From IMG/VR virus record IMGVR_UViG_2537561977_000019, positions 1-19,354 of that record: a DNA stretch of 19,354 nucleotides. One strand, 5' to 3'. The translations under genes and the position numbers were made by a program. This DNA comes from a virus (taxonomy: Duplodnaviria > Heunggongvirae > Uroviricota > Caudoviricetes). Shown one piece after another: positions 15,830-19,354 of the stretch. The first letter of the stretch is position 1; every line of letters starts with the position of its first letter. The notes beneath the pieces are model-generated. The model did no database searches. It saw nothing but the letters and a program-made list of their open reading frames with translations, and was not told the origin of the DNA.

Positions 15830-16299
15830 CTGGACATGCAGCAATCCTCGACATGTGCTGTGGCAGTCGCATGTTCTGGTTCGATAAGAATGACGACCGG
15901 GCGATATTTAGCGATATCAGAAAGGAAGAGCACACATTGTGTGATGGACGACGCCTGATTATCAGTCCTGATCTGATAGCTGATTTTCGTGCACTACCAT
16001 TTGCAGACGCATCTTTTTCGATGGTTATATTCGACCCTCCGCATCTTGAGCGTGTTGGTGATAACGCCTGGATGGGAAAGAAATATGGACGGCTGAATAA
16101 AGATACCTGGCGTGATGATTTGCGGCAGGGATTTAAAGAAGCCTTTCGTGTGTTGCGTCCATCCGGCGTTCTGATTTTTAAATGGAATGAAACGCAAATA
16201 CCTGTTCGCCAGATATTGGTACTGACCGACAGAAAACCTGTTATCGGTCAACGAACAGGAAAAAACGATAAAACCCACTGGATTATTTTTATAAAATAG
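15826..16299 (+). CDS. Small SAM-dependent methyltransferase-like protein (157 aa)
   Basis: Motif I-like (AILDMCCGS) followed by a DPPH motif (VIFDPPHLE). GTG 15826 sits 6 nt after an AAGGAGG SD and overlaps the upstream stop (GTGA). Confidence 0.6.
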   Translation: MTGHAAILDMCCGSRMFWFDKNDDRAIFSDIRKEEHTLCDGRRLIISPDLIADFRALPFADASFSMVIFDPPHLERVGDNAWMGKKYGRLNKDTWRDDLRQGFKEAFRVLRPSGVLIFKWNETQIPVRQILVLTDRKPVIGQRTGKNDKTHWIIFIK

Positions 16300-16445
16300 G
16301 CATCCAGTGAGTAGGTTCGTAAGGTTACAGATACGTATATCTGAATAATTAAATTCAGTTCTGTAAATAAAATTTAATCCTTAACCGGAGGGATTCCTGC
16401 ACCCTCAGAACATCAGGAGACCGCCCGAAAGGGCGGTAATGAAAA

Positions 16446-16862
16446 ATGGCTGAATTAACCAAATGGCTACAAAACACGATTACCGGAATTGAAACGGTAG
16501 TAGACGATAAATCGTTTGTATGTGATGAAATAGTATTCAAAATCGATGTGGTTAAAAACGTACTTACCGCATTTAAAGTCGCGCTGGCATCGCTGGAAGC
16601 AGAGCCGATAGGTTTCCGTTGCAGGCGCAATGATAACCTTGGTGACTGGAGTTACGTATATCATCGAGAGCCAGATGATTTTGAGCGCAAACATTTAGTG
16701 ATAGAGGGCATTTACGCCGCCCCTCCAGTGCTAGTAGTACCGGAAGAAAAACCAATGCCTAATCCTCTTAGCATGTACGCGGTCGATGCTGTTGCCGCTA
16801 TTGCAGAGGTGAGAGGCTGGAACGCCTGCCGTGCCGCTATGCTTCAGGGGAAAGGAGAGTGA
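16446..16862 (+). CDS. Hypothetical protein (138 aa)
   Basis: ATG 16446, preceded by a GNRA-loop hairpin and a distant AGGAGA; followed by a coupled downstream gene. Confidence 0.5.
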   Translation: MAELTKWLQNTITGIETVVDDKSFVCDEIVFKIDVVKNVLTAFKVALASLEAEPIGFRCRRNDNLGDWSYVYHREPDDFERKHLVIEGIYAAPPVLVVPEEKPMPNPLSMYAVDAVAAIAEVRGWNACRAAMLQGKGE

Positions 16863-16863
16863 T

Positions 16864-17445
16864 ATGACCACTATAACCGATAAGAAACAGTATCCCAGCG
16901 ATCAATATCTTAATGAGCTGATCACCAACATGGAGTTTGCTGCAAGGGCACCAGTTGAAGTCGTGAGAGCGATGGCAGCAGAGCTACAGAAGCGGCGCGA
17001 AGCTGATAGTGCAGAACCTGTAAGCCAAACTTACAACTTGCCAGAATTAATCGAAGGCATGGAAGTTTCCATTGATGTAAGCACTTGTGATGCTGATTTA
17101 GGTAATCGCTATTTCGGCACCGTAACCGAGGCGTTAGAACTTGATACTGCCAAGAATGGTTACATCCTCCTGGTTCAGGACGCAGAGCCAAACTTCGATG
17201 TAAATGGCAACTCTCCGGTAACTCCGGATGGTTGGATAAGCTGTAGTGATCGAATGCCTGAAAAGGGCCAGAACGTGCTTATTTCGGTGAATTTCGATAG
17301 CTCTCTGGTTGAACCGCTAATATGCTCCGCACGCTATACCGGAAGCACCTTTCGGCGCGGAGATGCAACGATTAAGCCGGGTAATGGTATTGAGCAAGCA
17401 ACTCACTGGATGCTGCTACCGGAACCGCCGCAGGAGGTGAAGTGA
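16864..17445 (+). CDS. DUF551-like phage protein
   Basis: ATG 16864 with an AGGAGAG SD; C-terminal DGWISCSDRMPEKGQNVLI resembles the DUF551 signature. Confidence 0.6.
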   Translation: MTTITDKKQYPSDQYLNELITNMEFAARAPVEVVRAMAAELQKRREADSAEPVSQTYNLPELIEGMEVSIDVSTCDADLGNRYFGTVTEALELDTAKNGYILLVQDAEPNFDVNGNSPVTPDGWISCSDRMPEKGQNVLISVNFDSSLVEPLICSARYTGSTFRRGDATIKPGNGIEQATHWMLLPEPPQEVK

Positions 17446-18017
17446 TGAACAACTTAATGATCGACCTTGAGACGATGGGGAAAAATAAGGATGCACCGAT
17501 CGTTTCCATTGGCGCGGTGTTCTTCACTCCAGAAACCGGAGACATCGGACAAGAATTCTATACGGTTGTCAGCCTGGACAGTGCTATGGAGCAAGGGGCC
17601 ACACCTGACGGCGATACCATCCTGTGGTGGTTGAAACAAAGCCCTGAAGCACGAGCTGCAATCTGTATTGATGATACTTTGTCGATCAGCGATGCACTCT
17701 CTGAACTGAGCCATTTCATTAATCGGCACGCAGACAATACGAAATATTTAAAAGTTTGGGGTAACGGGGCCACCTTCGACAACGTAATTTTACGCGGAGC
17801 TTATGAACGAGCGGGACAAATCTGCCCGTGGGCGTACTGGAATGACCACGATGTACGCACGATCGTTACGCTTGGGCGTTCCATCGGATTCGACCCAAAA
17901 ATGGACATGCCTTTCGATGGCGAACGGCACAACGCCCTGGCTGATGCCCGTCATCAGGCAAAATATGTTTCCGCTATCTGGCAGAAACTAATTCCTGCCA
18001 CCAGCACAGAATTATGA
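17445..18017 (+). CDS. DEDDh-type 3'-5' exonuclease
   Basis: Exo I motif (MIDLETMG) and Exo III H-x4-D motif (HNALADA). ATG 17445 overlaps the upstream stop, with a GGAGG SD. Confidence 0.7.
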   Translation: MNNLMIDLETMGKNKDAPIVSIGAVFFTPETGDIGQEFYTVVSLDSAMEQGATPDGDTILWWLKQSPEARAAICIDDTLSISDALSELSHFINRHADNTKYLKVWGNGATFDNVILRGAYERAGQICPWAYWNDHDVRTIVTLGRSIGFDPKMDMPFDGERHNALADARHQAKYVSAIWQKLIPATSTEL

Positions 18018-18053
18018 TTTTCCCGGGTGCAGCCGGTTTTGATGGAGAAAATT

Positions 18054-18326
18054 ATGAACACCTTGTTTTTACTGATGGCTGAATTCAATACCCCTAACAT
18101 TGAACTCTCAGCAGTTAGCCAAAAGTACTTTGGCATGAGTCCAGCCACGGCAGAAGCAAAAGCAAACGCTTGTAAGTTGCCCGTTCCAACATATCGCATC
18201 GGCACATCACAAAAAGCAAAACGTTGCATCAATATTCAGGATCTTGCGGAATACATAGACAAAAGGCGAGAAGAAGGGCGTGCTGAGTGGGAAAGGGTCA
18301 GAACCCATAAACAAAGGCTCATTTAA
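18054..18326 (+). CDS. PrtN/excisionase-like small DNA-binding protein
   Basis: Pattern SQKYFGMSPATAEAKANACKLPVPTYRIGTSQKAKRCINIQDLAEYIDKRR; ATG 18054 with a GGAGAAA SD. Last gene of the plus-strand operon. Confidence 0.55.
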   Translation: MNTLFLLMAEFNTPNIELSAVSQKYFGMSPATAEAKANACKLPVPTYRIGTSQKAKRCINIQDLAEYIDKRREEGRAEWERVRTHKQRLI

Positions 18327-18335
18327 ATAGAATAT

Positions 18336-18365
18336 GAATAAACCCATCCAAAGATGGGTTTATTC
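18336..18365. terminator. Bidirectional terminator hairpin between convergent genes
   Basis: 13-bp perfect arms GAATAAACCCATC (18336-18348) / GATGGGTTTATTC (18353-18365) with loop CAAA, AT-rich on both flanks. Confidence 0.55.
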
Positions 18366-18821
18366 ATAATGTTGAAGAGCAGCGAGTATCAGTTTTTTAT
18401 GCCGTTTAACCATAGTTTTAGATATCTCAACTGCACATCGAACTTGTCTCATACAATGATCTGTAATGCGACCTTTTAGCACGTCACCATATTGGATGGC
18501 TATTTTCTCTTTAATAATTTCAAGATCGAAAGCAGCATGAGCCTCAATGCAATTAACAAATGAGTCCCATTTAAGAAAATCATGGTCCTCTCTATTAATT
18601 TCGACCTGACAAGCCATAAGATCATTGTTTCTCTTAATAAATTCATTTATATCTGAATTTATTAGAAGAACTAAAAGAGGTTCACAGCAAACAACCACCA
18701 TATATTTTACTTTAGGTGGGGTCGTAAAATCACAATGAAGATACAATACATCACCGGGTGATATACCTCTTTCACGACTAAAATTAGCCTTAAAATCAGG
18801 AGGGAAACAATCACCCAGCAT
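18360..18821 (-). CDS. Hypothetical protein (about 153 aa), coupled partner of the Panacea-like gene
   Basis: AT-rich ORF starting 5 nt after the upstream stop (ATG 18821; a TTG at 18830 overlaps the stop). Cys/His-containing; no family recognised. Confidence 0.5.
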   Translation of the reverse strand: MLGDCFPPDFKANFSRERGISPGDVLYLHCDFTTPPKVKYMVVVCCEPLLVLLINSDINEFIKRNNDLMACQVEINREDHDFLKWDSFVNCIEAHAAFDLEIIKEKIAIQYGDVLKGRITDHCMRQVRCAVEISKTMVKRHKKLILAALQHYE

Positions 18822-18826
18822 AAGTA

Positions 18827-19354
18827 TCAATATCCGTTCTTCAGATAATCCAGTATTAATTTGCTATTTTTTAGCTGTGCAACTATCGATTCCAAAGACA
18901 TCTCACCATTGTGATCTGCCTGTTCCCATGCCGCGTCATGGCTCATGGTTCTGATAGCTTCAAAGGACATGTTTCCAAGCATCGCGATAGACTTATCAAT
19001 ACACTCTAAATCTGAGTCACTAAAAAAGTCTTCATCAGCTTCACGGCTCGGCACAATCGTCATACCTGATACAGAAAATGCTTTTCGCACAGAATCGACA
19101 TCACAATCATTAGGAATGTAACGTCCATCTCCACGAGCAATTTTTATAATATCGTATGTGTTGCTTGCTACAGGCCCATCCTTCATAGCGTTATAGTGAT
19201 CGCCCGTTATGAGGCGTCCAAAACTTTCAAGGTGAAACCTGTCAGCATAATAAAGAATTTTTCCGACATGATAGATATCTGGGATCGGTGCTTTAGAGGC
19301 GACGTACAGAATGGCCTCTAAAGCCTTTTCTGAATCAAACCTTACATTTAGCAT
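18827..19354 (-). CDS. Panacea-domain (DUF4065)-like protein; start codon sits at the window edge
   Basis: KILYYADRFHLESFGRLITGDHYNAMKDGPVASNTYDIIK and the later SHDAAWEQA fit the DUF4065 pattern. The ATG is at 19352-19354 and its upstream region is outside the window. Confidence 0.55.
   Translation of the reverse strand: MLNVRFDSEKALEAILYVASKAPIPDIYHVGKILYYADRFHLESFGRLITGDHYNAMKDGPVASNTYDIIKIARGDGRYIPNDCDVDSVRKAFSVSGMTIVPSREADEDFFSDSDLECIDKSIAMLGNMSFEAIRTMSHDAAWEQADHNGEMSLESIVAQLKNSKLILDYLKNGY

Overview
This window reads as a lambdoid (E. coli-type) prophage segment lying in reverse orientation, running from the start of the lysis cassette to the early-left operon. From left to right: an S21-like dual-start pinholin (1-216, minus); a ~680 bp non-coding interval where Stx phages carry stx; four tightly packed tRNA genes (896-1205, minus); a beta-class DNA methyltransferase; a pR'/tR'-like promoter-terminator pair directly downstream of a Q-type antiterminator; a nin-like block (DUF968, KilA-N, RusA, a LexA-DNA-binding-domain-only protein, a Dam-family methyltransferase); an O-like replication initiator with internal iteron-like repeats; a 387-aa Rha-domain protein with an unusual N-terminal extension; a cII-position gene; Cro-like (minus) and CI-like (plus) divergent regulators around a ~106 bp operator region; an AT-rich two-gene cassette co-oriented with cI, plus a convergent AT-rich gene; then a plus-strand early-left operon (YfdP/Q/R/S-like proteins, a small methyltransferase, DUF551, DEDDh exonuclease, PrtN/excisionase-like); and at the right edge an AT-rich minus-strand pair of a Panacea (DUF4065)-like protein with an unknown partner. 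Most early-right genes are chained by ATGA/TAATG stop-start overlaps. No integrase, structural genes, stx or CRISPR array are present in the window. The best candidates for undescribed biology are the cI-linked cassette (11283-12297), the Panacea-like pair (18360-19354) and the Rha fusion ORF (8391-9554). All family assignments come from motif recognition by eye and need HMM/BLAST confirmation.
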